NCBI GenBank assembly: GCA_965246715.1
Contig: CBDFFH010000052.1
Coordinates: forward strand, 83,137-147,136
DNA length: 64,000 nucleotides
Reading direction: 5' to 3'
Origin: Chamaesiphon sp.
GTDB lineage: Bacteria > Cyanobacteriota > Cyanobacteriia > Cyanobacteriales > Chamaesiphonaceae
The notes below the pieces were generated by a model. That model was not told the origin of the DNA. It searched no databases and saw nothing but the letters and a program-made list of their open reading frames with translations. Of this stretch, positions 1-11,355 are shown one piece after another. The position numbers were made by a program, and so were the translations under genes. The first letter of the stretch is position 1, and every line of letters starts with the position of its first letter.

Positions 1-620
1 GCGAACTCCGTGGTAACGGTCAATTCGTCCGCCGGAAGGCGCTAGATAGTTGCGATGGCTGGAATGAAGAAACGATCACTGACGACTTGGATCTGACGAT
101 TCGACTACACCTGACTGGCTGGCAAATCGAATTGATGCCCTATCCCCCAGTGCTAGAAGAAGGTGTCACTACTGTCAAAGCGCTATGGAATCAGCGCAAT
201 CGCTGGGCCGAAGGGGGTTTTCAACGCTATATCGATTACTGGAGCGAGATTTCCAGCAATCGGATGGGGACAAAAAAAACACTCGACCTGATTTCTTTTC
301 TATTGATTCAATATCTGTTACCGCCAGCAGGTATTCCCGACTTCCTGATGGCTCTGTGGCTCAGGCATCCCCCCTTGTTACTGCCGATGACCGCTTCCTT
401 GGGTGTCGCGCTGCCATTGTGGGCCACTTGGGTGGGACTACGGCGCAGCTATCACCAAGCCAACCAGCCGGCGAATATTGCGACCCTCCTCGCGCAAACG
501 GCGATCGGCTCGCTATTCGTGTTGCACTGGCTGGTAATTATGCCCTTCGCGATCGCGCGGATGGCAATTTTTCCCAAACGCTTAAAATGGGTTAAAACCC
601 CGAGACAGGCTGACCTGTAA
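1..620 (+). CDS. mgdA: GT2 glycosyltransferase, monoglucosyldiacylglycerol synthase-like (5' end outside window)
   Basis: Frame 3 is open from the window start (ELRGNGQFVRR...WNEETITDDLD); QRNRW (QxxRW) motif; C-terminal TM helices and WVKT. Confidence 0.8.
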   Translation, partial: ELRGNGQFVRRKALDSCDGWNEETITDDLDLTIRLHLTGWQIELMPYPPVLEEGVTTVKALWNQRNRWAEGGFQRYIDYWSEISSNRMGTKKTLDLISFLLIQYLLPPAGIPDFLMALWLRHPPLLLPMTASLGVALPLWATWVGLRRSYHQANQPANIATLLAQTAIGSLFVLHWLVIMPFAIARMAIFPKRLKWVKTPRQADL

Positions 621-887
621 CTGATGAGCGATCCAAGTTTAGTTGGTAGCGATTGCTACATCGAGTTGAGGGATAAACTCCAGCTCGATTGGAGCAATGC
701 TGGTCGATCGCGATGATTTTCAAACAGAGAGAAGCTGACGGGGACACAATTTCGAGCGATTGCGGCACTCCTAATCCCTAACTTCTGACGAAACCAAATA
801 ATCTCGCAATCGCTGGGCATACTGAGTATATATGGATAGATCGCTACTTAGACCATTATCTGTAAATCAAACAGTGTGGCACAATAA

Positions 888-2933
888 ATGGGTAGGTTTA
901 TCTACATCCGCTGCTCATCTGATGGACTACTCATGCAGGATTCCCGCGAAATTGATTATTTCGGACAACGCATTCTTCAAATCGTCCAGCCGCTAGCGGC
1001 TGGAACGGATCGTCGAGAAGTGCTGACTCTTTTAGCTCGATCGGTAGCTACCAACTTCGCAGCAGATGGCTGCTGGATATTACAGTACTCATCTCCAGGG
1101 ATCGTCCGGATCGCGGCGAGTGCTTGCATCAGTCATCGGACTAACTCGATCGGGACGCAATTGATAGATTATTTGCCACCAGCGGCACCAACGCCCACGC
1201 TCTGGCGGATGCCATTACTGCCAGACTATCAAGTGATGGCGATCGATCTCAATGACGGGCAGAAAGTAACGGGCTGCTTGCTGCTCGCGACCAAAGGTGT
1301 GGAATGGTACGAAGAGGCAAAATTAGTCCTCCAAGTTGTGTCGGACTATATCAGTACCGCCCTACTCGAAGAAGATCTCTACATTCAAGCCCAGATTTCA
1401 GAAATTTACCCCAAGCTACATTATCGGCTGACTCAAGCAGTCGTTGAGAATCACAGTACCGAGCGACTATTTGAGATTGCTGTATCCGACATGGTAAATG
1501 CCTTGAAATTAAAGCGGGGATTAGTACTCACGCTTAAATCTAGCGATTTATCCAAGCCCAAACCCAGTCTGGAAACACCCCCGCCACAGAGCGAGCCGCC
1601 AGTCGCAGCAGAACCTTCGGACATTTGGGACGATCCCCAACCGAGTCAGCCCGCTGGATCGATCGTGGCAATCGCCGAAAGTAATCTGGCACCGAGCGCC
1701 CCTACCAAAAATTCGACTCAAGTACAGATCGTCACGGCGATCGAGACGCGCAAAGAAAATGCTCGATTGTTACCACCATTTTTTCTGTTAGAGAACTCTC
1801 ACTTTTGCCAGGAAGCCTTGGCAAATGCTCCCCAGCCAACGATCTTCGATCGCGATCGCAACGGAACGGCGATCGATCGGGCGATCTTTCAAGACGATCG
1901 CTTGCCGAGTATCGCGATGATTCCGCTGATGGGTGCGAATGCTCCCGCACGGCAAGCCAGCAGCATCAGCGATCGGGAGCCGACAGGAGCATTGTGGGGC
2001 TGGCTGGTACTGCAACACCATGAAAGTCGTCGCTGGCACCCAGTTGAATTAAACTTACTCCAGTGTCAGATCTATCAAATCGCGCTCGCGCGAATCCACA
2101 AAAAATCGCTCCAACAAGCGCGGACTAACGTTGCCAATCGCACCTCCCAAGTCCAAATTCTGCTGCAAATTCAGACGAAATTGCTAGCAGATGCCCGCAA
2201 TCAAATGGAACGATTGAAACAGGCAAACGAACTCAAAGATGAGTTCATCAATACGATCGGTCACGAACTCCGCACACCACTGACGAGTATGTCCTTGGCG
2301 ATCAAAATGTTGCGTCAGCCCGAAATCGAACCCGATCGTCACAACCAATACCTCAATATCCTCGAAGAGCAGTGTCAGCGCGAAATCAAGCTGGTCAATG
2401 ACCTGCTCAAGATGCAACAATTAGAATCAAAACAACTCGATTTTCGGCCTCAACCAGTCTCGATCGATCGCTTTATCACCGAGCAAGCTACTTTTGTGGC
2501 CGATCGGTGGAACCAAAGTAAATCACTAGAATTAGCACTCCATCTGCCACCAGATTCTCCCAAAATCGAAACTGATGCCGATAGTTTGAAGCATATTATC
2601 GAGGAGTTGCTGGTTAATGCTGGAAAATTTGCGCTGCCACAGACGATGGTTGAACTGTGGTTATCGGTGAATTCCAGCTCGGCGATCGTTCGAGTTACCA
2701 ATTTAAGCAAACCGATTGCTAGTGCTGATTTACCGCACTTATTCGACAAATTCCGGCGCGGAGCGGGCACAACGCAGCAAGCGATCGCGGGGACTGGTTT
2801 GGGGTTATCCTTGGTTAAAGCATTAGTCGAACATATCAAGGGAGAAATAGCGGTTACTAGCACACCCGTTGCAGAGGCGATCTCCAAAACCTGTTTCACC
2901 CTGACAATTCCGTTAGTCCTCGAACGTCACTAG
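888..2933 (+). CDS. GAF-domain sensor histidine kinase
   Basis: H-box GHELRTPL, N-box ELLVNAGKF, G-box GTGLGL; GAF-like N-terminal regions. Confidence 0.9.
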   Translation: MGRFIYIRCSSDGLLMQDSREIDYFGQRILQIVQPLAAGTDRREVLTLLARSVATNFAADGCWILQYSSPGIVRIAASACISHRTNSIGTQLIDYLPPAAPTPTLWRMPLLPDYQVMAIDLNDGQKVTGCLLLATKGVEWYEEAKLVLQVVSDYISTALLEEDLYIQAQISEIYPKLHYRLTQAVVENHSTERLFEIAVSDMVNALKLKRGLVLTLKSSDLSKPKPSLETPPPQSEPPVAAEPSDIWDDPQPSQPAGSIVAIAESNLAPSAPTKNSTQVQIVTAIETRKENARLLPPFFLLENSHFCQEALANAPQPTIFDRDRNGTAIDRAIFQDDRLPSIAMIPLMGANAPARQASSISDREPTGALWGWLVLQHHESRRWHPVELNLLQCQIYQIALARIHKKSLQQARTNVANRTSQVQILLQIQTKLLADARNQMERLKQANELKDEFINTIGHELRTPLTSMSLAIKMLRQPEIEPDRHNQYLNILEEQCQREIKLVNDLLKMQQLESKQLDFRPQPVSIDRFITEQATFVADRWNQSKSLELALHLPPDSPKIETDADSLKHIIEELLVNAGKFALPQTMVELWLSVNSSSAIVRVTNLSKPIASADLPHLFDKFRRGAGTTQQAIAGTGLGLSLVKALVEHIKGEIAVTSTPVAEAISKTCFTLTIPLVLERH

Positions 2934-2934
2934 C

Positions 2935-4734
2935 TTGAGAAAGTCATCTACCATCTGGAGATTTGGAGCGCGACCGCCAGTAACCGCAGTTGTACCGTCG
3001 CCAGAAGTTGCCACAACCGCTCGAGAGCGCCAGCTTCATGTTGACACCAACGATCTGATGGCGCACCACCAACTGCCGAGCGCGCGACCGTTGCGCTGGC
3101 AAAAAACTAAATACTCACTCTCAGCTCGTCAATTCGATATTTTTACTGCTGCTGCGAGGTTGGGGCTGGCACTGATCCAAAATCGGTTATTTCCCACCAC
3201 CAACGAGCGCTATCACCGTCGCCGCGCGCAACAGTTGGTAAATACCACGATCGGGTTAGGGCCGACTTTTATTAAGATCGGTCAATCTTTATCGACGCGA
3301 GTGGACTTTTTCTCACCGATTTATATTGAGGCACTGAGTCAGTTACAAGATCGCGTTCCCGCTTTTAGCGTAGATGAAGCGATCGTGATTATCGAAACCG
3401 AACTCGATACGCCGATCCAGAAATTATTAGCCAAATTCGACCCAGTACCGATCGCCGCCGCTAGCCTGGGACAGGTACATAAAGCCAAGTTGCCAACGGG
3501 TGATGAGATCGTCATCAAAGTCCAGCGTCCCGGATTACGCCAATTATTTGAACTAGACTTTCAAGTAATCGATAAATTATTGTGGTGGGTCGCGCTAGTC
3601 TTACCGAAGAAGCGCGCTCGCGAACTTAGAGCGATTTATCAAGAATTTTTTACGCTGCTATTTCAAGAAATTGACTATACCAAAGAAGGCCACAACGCCG
3701 AGCGCTTTCGGGAGAATTTTAAGGAAAGCGCACTCGTCACCGCACCCAAAATTTACTGGCGCTATACCACTTGCAAGGTATTGACGATGAGCTATCTACC
3801 AGGGATTAAAATCGACGATCGCGCCACTTTAGAAGCATGTGGCTTTGACCCCAAGCAAATCAATCAACTGGGTATTTGTTGCTATCTCAAACAACTCTTA
3901 GTCGATGGCTTTTTTCAAGCCGATCCGCATCCGGGAAATATGGCGATCGCGACTGATGGGAGATTGGTGGTCTATGATTTTGGGATGATGGCCGAATTAA
4001 AGGAAATCTCTACCACCCTAACGATCGATACCTTTTGGGCGGTGATGAAAAAAGATAGCGAAGCTGTCATCGCACATTTAATAGAAATGGGGCTGATCGT
4101 CCAGATGGACGATATGCAGCCGATTCGCCGCGTTATTGAATTTCTGCTCGAGCGCTTTACCGATCGTCCGGTGGATGTGCGCGAATTTAATTTAATCAAG
4201 CGGGAGATGACCGCACTATTTATCCATCAGCCATTTCAACTCTCCCCCGAAATGAGCTTTATTCTCAAAGCTTTATCGACCCTCGATGGGATCGCCCGCA
4301 CCTTAGATCCAGAATATAACTTAGTTGCTGCCGCTCAACCATTTATTCGTAGCGTCGCGATCGCCGAACGTGGCAATATCGTCAGTCATCTGGGCAAACA
4401 GATAACTAATTATCTCAAGGATCGAGTCACTCGCCCTCGGGGTAAGAAATTATTGATGCAGCAATTGGAGCAACGTCTCGCCCAAAGCGAACGCGAAAAT
4501 GCGGGACTAGCCCAAACCAACCAGCAGCTACGGCGACTGGTGAATTTAATAATTTATAATCTCATCTGGCTGTGCTTGACTGGCTTAAGTGCGATCGTGG
4601 CAATCTCGATCGGCTCGGCTCATCCATCATCGTCGTTACTCCTGTGGGGAATTACTGGTCTATTTGGATGCATTTGCTTCGGATCTTTCGTCTGCGCGAT
4701 CGGTCAGGCTCGACGATCTAACCGATCGATGTAA
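2935..4734 (+). CDS. ABC1/UbiB-family atypical kinase (start may be ATG 3058)
   Basis: LGPTFIKIGQ, AAASLGQVH, KVQRP, FFQADPHPGN, DFGM motifs. Confidence 0.92.
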   Translation: MRKSSTIWRFGARPPVTAVVPSPEVATTARERQLHVDTNDLMAHHQLPSARPLRWQKTKYSLSARQFDIFTAAARLGLALIQNRLFPTTNERYHRRRAQQLVNTTIGLGPTFIKIGQSLSTRVDFFSPIYIEALSQLQDRVPAFSVDEAIVIIETELDTPIQKLLAKFDPVPIAAASLGQVHKAKLPTGDEIVIKVQRPGLRQLFELDFQVIDKLLWWVALVLPKKRARELRAIYQEFFTLLFQEIDYTKEGHNAERFRENFKESALVTAPKIYWRYTTCKVLTMSYLPGIKIDDRATLEACGFDPKQINQLGICCYLKQLLVDGFFQADPHPGNMAIATDGRLVVYDFGMMAELKEISTTLTIDTFWAVMKKDSEAVIAHLIEMGLIVQMDDMQPIRRVIEFLLERFTDRPVDVREFNLIKREMTALFIHQPFQLSPEMSFILKALSTLDGIARTLDPEYNLVAAAQPFIRSVAIAERGNIVSHLGKQITNYLKDRVTRPRGKKLLMQQLEQRLAQSERENAGLAQTNQQLRRLVNLIIYNLIWLCLTGLSAIVAISIGSAHPSSSLLLWGITGLFGCICFGSFVCAIGQARRSNRSM

Positions 4735-4773
4735 ACTCAGCAGAACCGCTCATTCCAATTCAAAACCCCTCGG

Positions 4774-4804
4774 AAAAGATCGGCATTATCGCCCGATCTT
4801 TTTT
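4774..4804 (+). terminator. Intrinsic terminator
   Basis: AAAAGATCGG...CCGATCTTTT hairpin ending in a T-run downstream of the ABC1 gene. Confidence 0.6.
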
Positions 4805-5047
4805 GACATTAAATCGCTAAACTTTGCTAAATTCGCGCCAATTATATTGACGGTCGCCTCTTAATCTCCGCTCCGATCTTTTGCTAGTCATCATTTCATC
4901 CACTCGATCTGCGTCGGTGATATCGATCGTTGACACGCTCTTTAGTAGTATGGTCTAATCTTTGGAGTCAGTATTTACACGTATTGCTGGATAATAGCTT
5001 GAGTTAAAGTATACACATCAGCCCAGTTATTATCTTCTAGGATTATT

Positions 5048-8000
5048 ATGTTTGGATCGGCCAAAAATTCCGTTGTAACAGCTATCTCCGATCGCGAGCG
5101 CCAACTTGAAGTTGGCATTCGTCTAGCTTTAGTACAATTGAATGATTGGCTCCAAGGTAAGGACGATCTCCAACAACTCGATTTAGCATTTGGTAATAAC
5201 TGGAATCGCAGCAAAGGCTTCCGGCTAATACAAGACTGGGCGAGCGGCAAGCAGTTACCAACAATCGAAGTTGTTACGGCTACTCAACTCAATGGTGGGA
5301 ATGGTGCATTCGACAGCACCAACAACAAAATTTACATCAGTCAAGAGTTACTAGCAAATCAGCAACAATCGCCAACTCTATTCACTGCGGTTCTACTAGA
5401 AGAATTAGGTCATTATTTTGACAAGGCAGTTAACAAGCAAGATAGCCCTGGCGATGAAGGAGCGATCTTTGCCAAACTGATTCAAGGTACGCAAATTAGT
5501 AGTATTGAATTAGCAAGTCTCAAGCAAGAAGCCGATCTAACTCAGGTAACAATTGATGGTACTGTCCACAATCTCGAGCTGAGTACTACTTATGGTAATA
5601 TCACCGTTGATGGTAGTTTAGCTGATTGGACGGCAAGCGACAGGCTTGATTCGGCCGCCAATGGTACCGCCCAAGTTGGGTATGAGCTATATGGCAAGTA
5701 TAATGCCAATAACTACCTGTTTGCGATTAAATCCGCCCAAGCGATCGGTGCGGGTACGACCATCTGGTTGAATACCGACCAAAATAAGTCGACTGGCTAT
5801 CAAGTGTTCGGATATGCTGGTGGTGCCGAATATAACATTAACTTTGCGACTGATGGCAAAGCCTACCTTTACAGTGGTGCTGACGGCCAGAACTATATCG
5901 CGCCGCTAGATTACAGTATCAGTGCCGATGGTTTGAGTGCTGAAGTTGCAGTTTCAGCCGCCTTGCTGGGTGCTACAGCACCAACAGCGATCGATATCTT
6001 GGCAGATGTTAATAACAACGTTTTCCTTCCTGGCGACTATAGCAGTACTGCTAAATTGACGGTCTCTCAGTCAGGAAATTTACCGCTCCCGCCATTCACA
6101 CCCAAGAATACCTACGGTAATATCACTCTAGATGGTAGTTTGGCCGATTGGACGGCGATCGATCGGCTGGATTACTTACCCAGTCAGCAAGTAGCGGGCT
6201 ATAGCGTTTATGGTAAAAATACCGCTGACGGTTATGTATTGGCAATTAACGCCGCTGAAGCCATCGGTGCAAATACGACGATTTGGTTGAATACCGACCA
6301 AAATAAAGCTAGCGGCTTTCAAGTATTTGGTTCGACTGTAGGTGCGGAATATAACATCAACATTGCTGTCGATGGTAAGCCTTACCTGTACAGCGGTGCC
6401 GCCGGACAAACTTTGGTCGGACAACTAGATTTCGCGCTCAGTGCTGACAAAAAAACCTTGGAAGTGGCGATTCCCAAGGCGAGCATGACTGTCACGGGGA
6501 ATGGCATTCAGGCCGCAATCGATGTCAACGATCGCACGTTCTTACCAGGAGATTATGCTAGCAATAGCTTGAGCATTAGCAGTGCGCCACTCCCCACCCG
6601 GACTAATCTCAGTAAGCGCATCGCGATCGTCTATTCGGAGACTTCCGCGAGTAAATTCTTCGATCGCAAAGCCTACAATCAGTTATTTGCCGCCGCTCAA
6701 AGTCAAGCAATGCAATCTGGTGTGCCGTTCGACTTAATCACTGAAAGCGATCTTAAAGATTTAGGCAAGCTCGTTAACTATGATGCATTAGTATGTCCCT
6801 CCTTTACCAACGTCAACAAAGCCGACTTAGGGGCGATCGAAAATTCGCTCAATCAAGCGGTTGCCAAATACGGGATCGGCATCATCACCTCTGGCGATTT
6901 CATGAGCAATGATGAGACAGGAGCCGCATTAGCTGGCGATCCTTACAGCCGGATGAAAAACTTGCTGGGTGTCCAACGGACTGCTGGCGGTGGCGTATTC
7001 AATGCCGTCGTCAAAGCCAAAGATGTTAGTGGTGGGATCCTGTTGCCTGGTTATACAACTGGCGAACAGTTGATTAATTACGACAAAGGGACGGCATTTG
7101 CGGCTTATAGTGCCGTCGGTGCTGGCACGGTTCTCGCCGAGCAAACCGTTAATGGGGCGAATTATAATGCGATCGTCGCTACCCAAACCGGCGGTCAAAA
7201 CGTTCACTTTGCCAACCAGTCGATCTTCGCCGATAGTAAAATTGTCGCACAAGCGATCGATGCGATCGTTTACAAAAACCAAGCTAGAGTCAGCCTCGAC
7301 CTCACCCGCAATACCAGCTTATTCCTCTCCCGGGATGATGTCGATCAATCAAAATATTCGCTCGCTGCGCCAACCGTCGAAGCTAAACTAGCCGATGTCC
7401 TTACCCAATGGAAAACCAAATATGGGTTCGTCGGTACCCACTTTATCAACATCGGTAACGATCCAGCTAACGACCAATCCACCGATTGGAATGTCATGCG
7501 ACCGATTTACCAACGGTGGCTGGCATTGGGTAACGAAATCGGCACCCACTCTTATACTCACCCGCTAACTCCCAGCAACCTCACGCCAACCGAAGTTGAA
7601 TTTGAATTCAACCAATCCAAGAATGTCATCAGTCAGCAACTCGGTATTAACGTTACTGGAGCTGGGACACCCGGCAATCCCGATAGTTTAGCATTAGACC
7701 AACAACTCGATAACTATTTTCAATACTATACTGGGGTCGGTACCGCTTATAACAGCGCTTTCGGCTTTTTCGACCCCACCTCTAAAGCAGTTTACTTTGC
7801 GCCGAATATCTCGTTTGACTTTAATGCGATCGAATTTCTCGGCTTGACCAACGCGCAAACCGAAGCCTTATGGAATACCGAGTATAACCAATTGCGAAGC
7901 CACGCTAACAAGCCGATTATCGAGTTTGCTTGGCATGATTATGGCGCAACAGGCACCGATCCCTTGTACAACGCTGCAATTTACGAGAACTTTATCGCCA

Positions 8001-9373
8001 AAGCTGCCGCTGATGGTACCGAATTTGTCACTTTTAATGACGCGCAAAATCGGATTCGCACCTTCGGCAAATCTCAACTCACCGTCAACCAAGTCGGGGA
8101 TGTTATTTCAGCTACAGCGACTCCAGATATTACCACATCCGGACTGGGTACCTTCTCCCTCGATATCCAATCCACCAAACAAATCAAGAACGTTACCAAC
8201 TACTACGCCTTCGATAAGGACTCCGTATTCTTAACTAAAGCTGGTGGTAGCTTCACGATTAATCTTGGTGTAACCGCAGATAATGTCACCCATATTAGCG
8301 CCCTCGCCCAACGCGCCGAACTCCTCTCCGTCACTGGCGACGGTCAGAATCTCGACTACAGCTTTAATGGTCAAGGTAAAATCTCGATCGATCTCAATAT
8401 CCCGACGGGTAAAGGTGTCACCGCAACTGGAGCCGATAGCTTCACCTTAGTCGGCAATCGGTTGGAAATGACCTTTAATAACACTGGTACGCATACTGCC
8501 AAAGTCCTGTTGGGTAACGATCTCGCACCGACGATCGCCAACCAGATCGCCAATATTACAGTTAATGAGACAGCTACGACTACCTCGCTCGATCTCACCA
8601 ATGTCTTTAAAGATCTCGACACCACCACCGATTTGAGTCAAATCGCCAAATCGATTCAAGTAGCTGGTAATATTAGTATCGCTACGGCGGCGATCGTCGG
8701 CAATATGCTTACGCTTAAATATCAACCCTACGCCTTTGGTTCTTCCCAAGTTACCATTCGTGGTACATCTGGTGGTAAAACCGTCGATAATACCTTTACC
8801 GTCACCCGTAAGGCCAGCAATCTCCCCGCGAACGCCACTTCCACCTTCGTTAACGGTGGTGCTAATGGCGATATCCTCACAGGTAGTACTGCCACTAATA
8901 ATATCATCCAAGGTTTTGCTGGGAACGATCGATTGACTGCTGGTAGCAAAAATGACGTTCTGATCGGCGGTACAGGCAACGATACGCTCATCGGTGGCGC
9001 AGGGAAAGATATTTTGGTAGGTGTCGATCCCACTAGTGCTACTGCTGGTCGCAGTGAAATCGATACACTTACTAGTGCGGGTCTAGGCGATCGGTTTGTC
9101 CTCGGTGATGTCAATCAGGTTTACTATAATGATGGCAACAATACTAATAGTGGTCTAAATGACTACGCCAAAATCGTCGGCTTCTCATCGACTGCGGGCG
9201 ATATCATCCAACTCAAAGGTAAAGCCGCAGACTACTCTCTCAGCTCGCCTCCGCTCCTGTTGGGTCTTGGTACTGCGATTTACAACAATACCTTCGGTCA
9301 ACCAGAATTGATTGGTGTCGTCCAAAATGTCTTTGGACTGAGCTTGACTGGTAGCTACATTAATTACGTTTAA
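5048..9373 (+). CDS. Large secreted protein with polysaccharide deacetylase (NodB-like) domain and RTX Ca-binding repeats
   Basis: N-terminal LLEELGH module; two ~175-aa repeats (ITxDGSLADW); RDDVD and HSYTHP motifs; GGxGxD repeats at the C-terminus. Confidence 0.75.
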   Translation: MFGSAKNSVVTAISDRERQLEVGIRLALVQLNDWLQGKDDLQQLDLAFGNNWNRSKGFRLIQDWASGKQLPTIEVVTATQLNGGNGAFDSTNNKIYISQELLANQQQSPTLFTAVLLEELGHYFDKAVNKQDSPGDEGAIFAKLIQGTQISSIELASLKQEADLTQVTIDGTVHNLELSTTYGNITVDGSLADWTASDRLDSAANGTAQVGYELYGKYNANNYLFAIKSAQAIGAGTTIWLNTDQNKSTGYQVFGYAGGAEYNINFATDGKAYLYSGADGQNYIAPLDYSISADGLSAEVAVSAALLGATAPTAIDILADVNNNVFLPGDYSSTAKLTVSQSGNLPLPPFTPKNTYGNITLDGSLADWTAIDRLDYLPSQQVAGYSVYGKNTADGYVLAINAAEAIGANTTIWLNTDQNKASGFQVFGSTVGAEYNINIAVDGKPYLYSGAAGQTLVGQLDFALSADKKTLEVAIPKASMTVTGNGIQAAIDVNDRTFLPGDYASNSLSISSAPLPTRTNLSKRIAIVYSETSASKFFDRKAYNQLFAAAQSQAMQSGVPFDLITESDLKDLGKLVNYDALVCPSFTNVNKADLGAIENSLNQAVAKYGIGIITSGDFMSNDETGAALAGDPYSRMKNLLGVQRTAGGGVFNAVVKAKDVSGGILLPGYTTGEQLINYDKGTAFAAYSAVGAGTVLAEQTVNGANYNAIVATQTGGQNVHFANQSIFADSKIVAQAIDAIVYKNQARVSLDLTRNTSLFLSRDDVDQSKYSLAAPTVEAKLADVLTQWKTKYGFVGTHFINIGNDPANDQSTDWNVMRPIYQRWLALGNEIGTHSYTHPLTPSNLTPTEVEFEFNQSKNVISQQLGINVTGAGTPGNPDSLALDQQLDNYFQYYTGVGTAYNSAFGFFDPTSKAVYFAPNISFDFNAIEFLGLTNAQTEALWNTEYNQLRSHANKPIIEFAWHDYGATGTDPLYNAAIYENFIAKAAADGTEFVTFNDAQNRIRTFGKSQLTVNQVGDVISATATPDITTSGLGTFSLDIQSTKQIKNVTNYYAFDKDSVFLTKAGGSFTINLGVTADNVTHISALAQRAELLSVTGDGQNLDYSFNGQGKISIDLNIPTGKGVTATGADSFTLVGNRLEMTFNNTGTHTAKVLLGNDLAPTIANQIANITVNETATTTSLDLTNVFKDLDTTTDLSQIAKSIQVAGNISIATAAIVGNMLTLKYQPYAFGSSQVTIRGTSGGKTVDNTFTVTRKASNLPANATSTFVNGGANGDILTGSTATNNIIQGFAGNDRLTAGSKNDVLIGGTGNDTLIGGAGKDILVGVDPTSATAGRSEIDTLTSAGLGDRFVLGDVNQVYYNDGNNTNSGLNDYAKIVGFSSTAGDIIQLKGKAADYSLSSPPLLLGLGTAIYNNTFGQPELIGVVQNVFGLSLTGSYINYV

Positions 9374-9538
9374 TGATGTAGCTAGATTAGGGCACCCCAA
9401 TCCAAAAAACTGTATTGCTGAATCAGGGGATGAAAAAGGGAAATACGGGTAGAGAGAGCGGTATTGCAACAGCAGTAAATCGCTCTCAAATCGGAAATGC
9501 CACAAAACTAAACATCCCAACGTTTAAAGCGATTGCCT

Positions 9539-9978
9539 TCAGCTCCATTCAGTAAAATAGTCGGCTATCCAAAGATATTTGTCATGAAAATCGCTCCGAA
9601 ACGTTGGTGTCGTTTGGCAGTAAAATCTCGATCGCGAAAAAAGTCGATCGTCTCGCCAATAAATGGCAATCTGGTATTGATGTCGGCTATGGGTGATTTT
9701 ATTCGGGTCTGGCCATTCTTCAATGCACTCAGCTAGTCCTCGACAGATCTGTTCTTGTTCTTCGGCCTGTCTTGCTAATAATATTCCGGCATCTGAACTC
9801 AGTTCTAAGTCTGAATATCGGACTACTAACTGTCGCCGATCGTAAAAATTATAGGGGAGTGGAGAAATACACTCTGTCATGTCAAAATGAGGATGCTTAT
9901 TTGTTTGTATAGCCTGATTCTACTCAGTTTCAGGCTTTTTATTATCTTCTTTTTGCATTCCTTCATGAATTATCCAGG
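9539..9978 (-). mobile_element. IS1380-family remnant (N-terminal transposase fragment, internally deleted)
   Basis: LSSDAGILL motif; one terminal sequence CCTGGATAATTCATGAA ends at 9978; the other end was not found. Confidence 0.7.
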
Positions 9979-10468
9979 TTAAATTCGTCGATGGTCAATG
10001 GTGCGCGGCTGATCGGCCCCGCGATCGCAGGTGTCGTAATCGCCCGCATTGGTCCTGGCTACTGTTTTCTATTGGACGGAATTAGTTATATCGCTGTCAT
10101 TATTAGATTGATATTGATGCAGTTGAAGCCGCAACCACGTTTTGCTAGCAATCTCAGGCTATTAGAGCGCATTAGAAAAGGATTTGATTATGCGTTTGCG
10201 TCTCTACCGATCCCGTGGATTTTAATATTGATGACTATCTTCAGTCTCACCACCATGTCCTACACAACCTTGATGCCAGTCGTCTCAACCGAAATTTTGC
10301 ATGGTGACGCGCATACTCTGGGATTTCTGCTTTCGGCTGCTGGGGTGGGCGCATTGCTTGGGGGAGCTTATCTGAGTAATCGATCGTTTTAGTAGGGCTA
10401 GGAAAAGTGGTGGCATACGCACCAATTTTATGCGGTGTCGGATTGATTGGATTCGCAGCTCCGCTCAA
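9979..10468 (+). pseudogene. MFS transporter internal fragment
   Basis: NGARLIGPAIAG and GFLLSAAGVGALLG MFS-type helices; truncated at both ends; frameshift near 10385. Confidence 0.75.
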
Positions 10469-10568
10469 GCACCATCATGAACTAGAATTTCGGGCTAATG
10501 ACTAAGTTTTGAGGGAATTAGCACTCAATATTAATTCACTCCTTACTAATACCGAACGTTGAGTAACT

Positions 10569-10618
10569 GTGAGTGAAATCGCGCTGAGGTTCCCTCCGCG
10601 TGCGTTTCACTCAAGACA
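10569..10618 (+). repeat. ~48-50 bp palindromic mini-element
   Basis: Near-identical to the reverse complement of 28937-28984. Confidence 0.65.
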
Positions 10619-10682
10619 GCCGAAGGCAATCCAAGCTAGCACACTCGCAATCCATTCGCAGTGGAGTCTGAGGCGCGGTACT

Positions 10683-11218
10683 TCCTTGTGAGCTTGAGAA
10701 GGTTTGGCTGAGAGTTCAAATTGAATCTTAGTCATCATCTGGGGGTAAACCTGCTCTAGGGCTTGAGTTAGCATCGCTGGGTGATAGCCGTTATTATCAA
10801 GATCGTGGTTTTGGGAAGATCCACGGGTTTAGATTTGAAGTAATCGATATTTGCCCAAAGCATTTCAATTAACCTGTTGGCGCGCCTGAGGATGCAAATT
10901 GGTCATGATTTGAGCGAGGATGTCCTCTTCACACCACTGCTGGTAATGCCAGAATCCGGTCGAATAGGGCGGTAAATCTCTGGGTAAATCGCCCAATTAC
11001 AACCATTTTTGAGTTGATAAAATATGCCGGTGAGGATTTGCCGCTTTGTCCACACAGGGGGTCTGGTTTTCTTCTTTTGAGGCAGCAATGGCTCAATTAT
11101 TTCCCACTCCTTGTCTGTCACATCACTTGAATATCCCATGATTTCCACTGCCATGCTTGGACTTCACCGATTTTAATCGATTCTACCCGATCGCTTAAAA
11201 GATCTCAAATGGGTTCTA
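10683..11218 (-). mobile_element. IS5-family transposase remnant (frameshifted, truncated)
   Basis: YSSDVTDKEWEIIEPLLP...FYQLKNGCNW N-terminus; later frame NGYHP; end sequence TAGAACCCATTTGAGATC at 11218. Confidence 0.8.
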
Positions 11219-11355
11219 TACGGTAGCAACTTGGGGTAAAAATAAATAGGTTTGAGCCGATTACTACGAGATCGATATTTGCGACGTACCAACTAAACGA
11301 GCAGTGAAAGCTTATAATTGACCCGTCAATCGATCGCCACATCACATCACGATCC

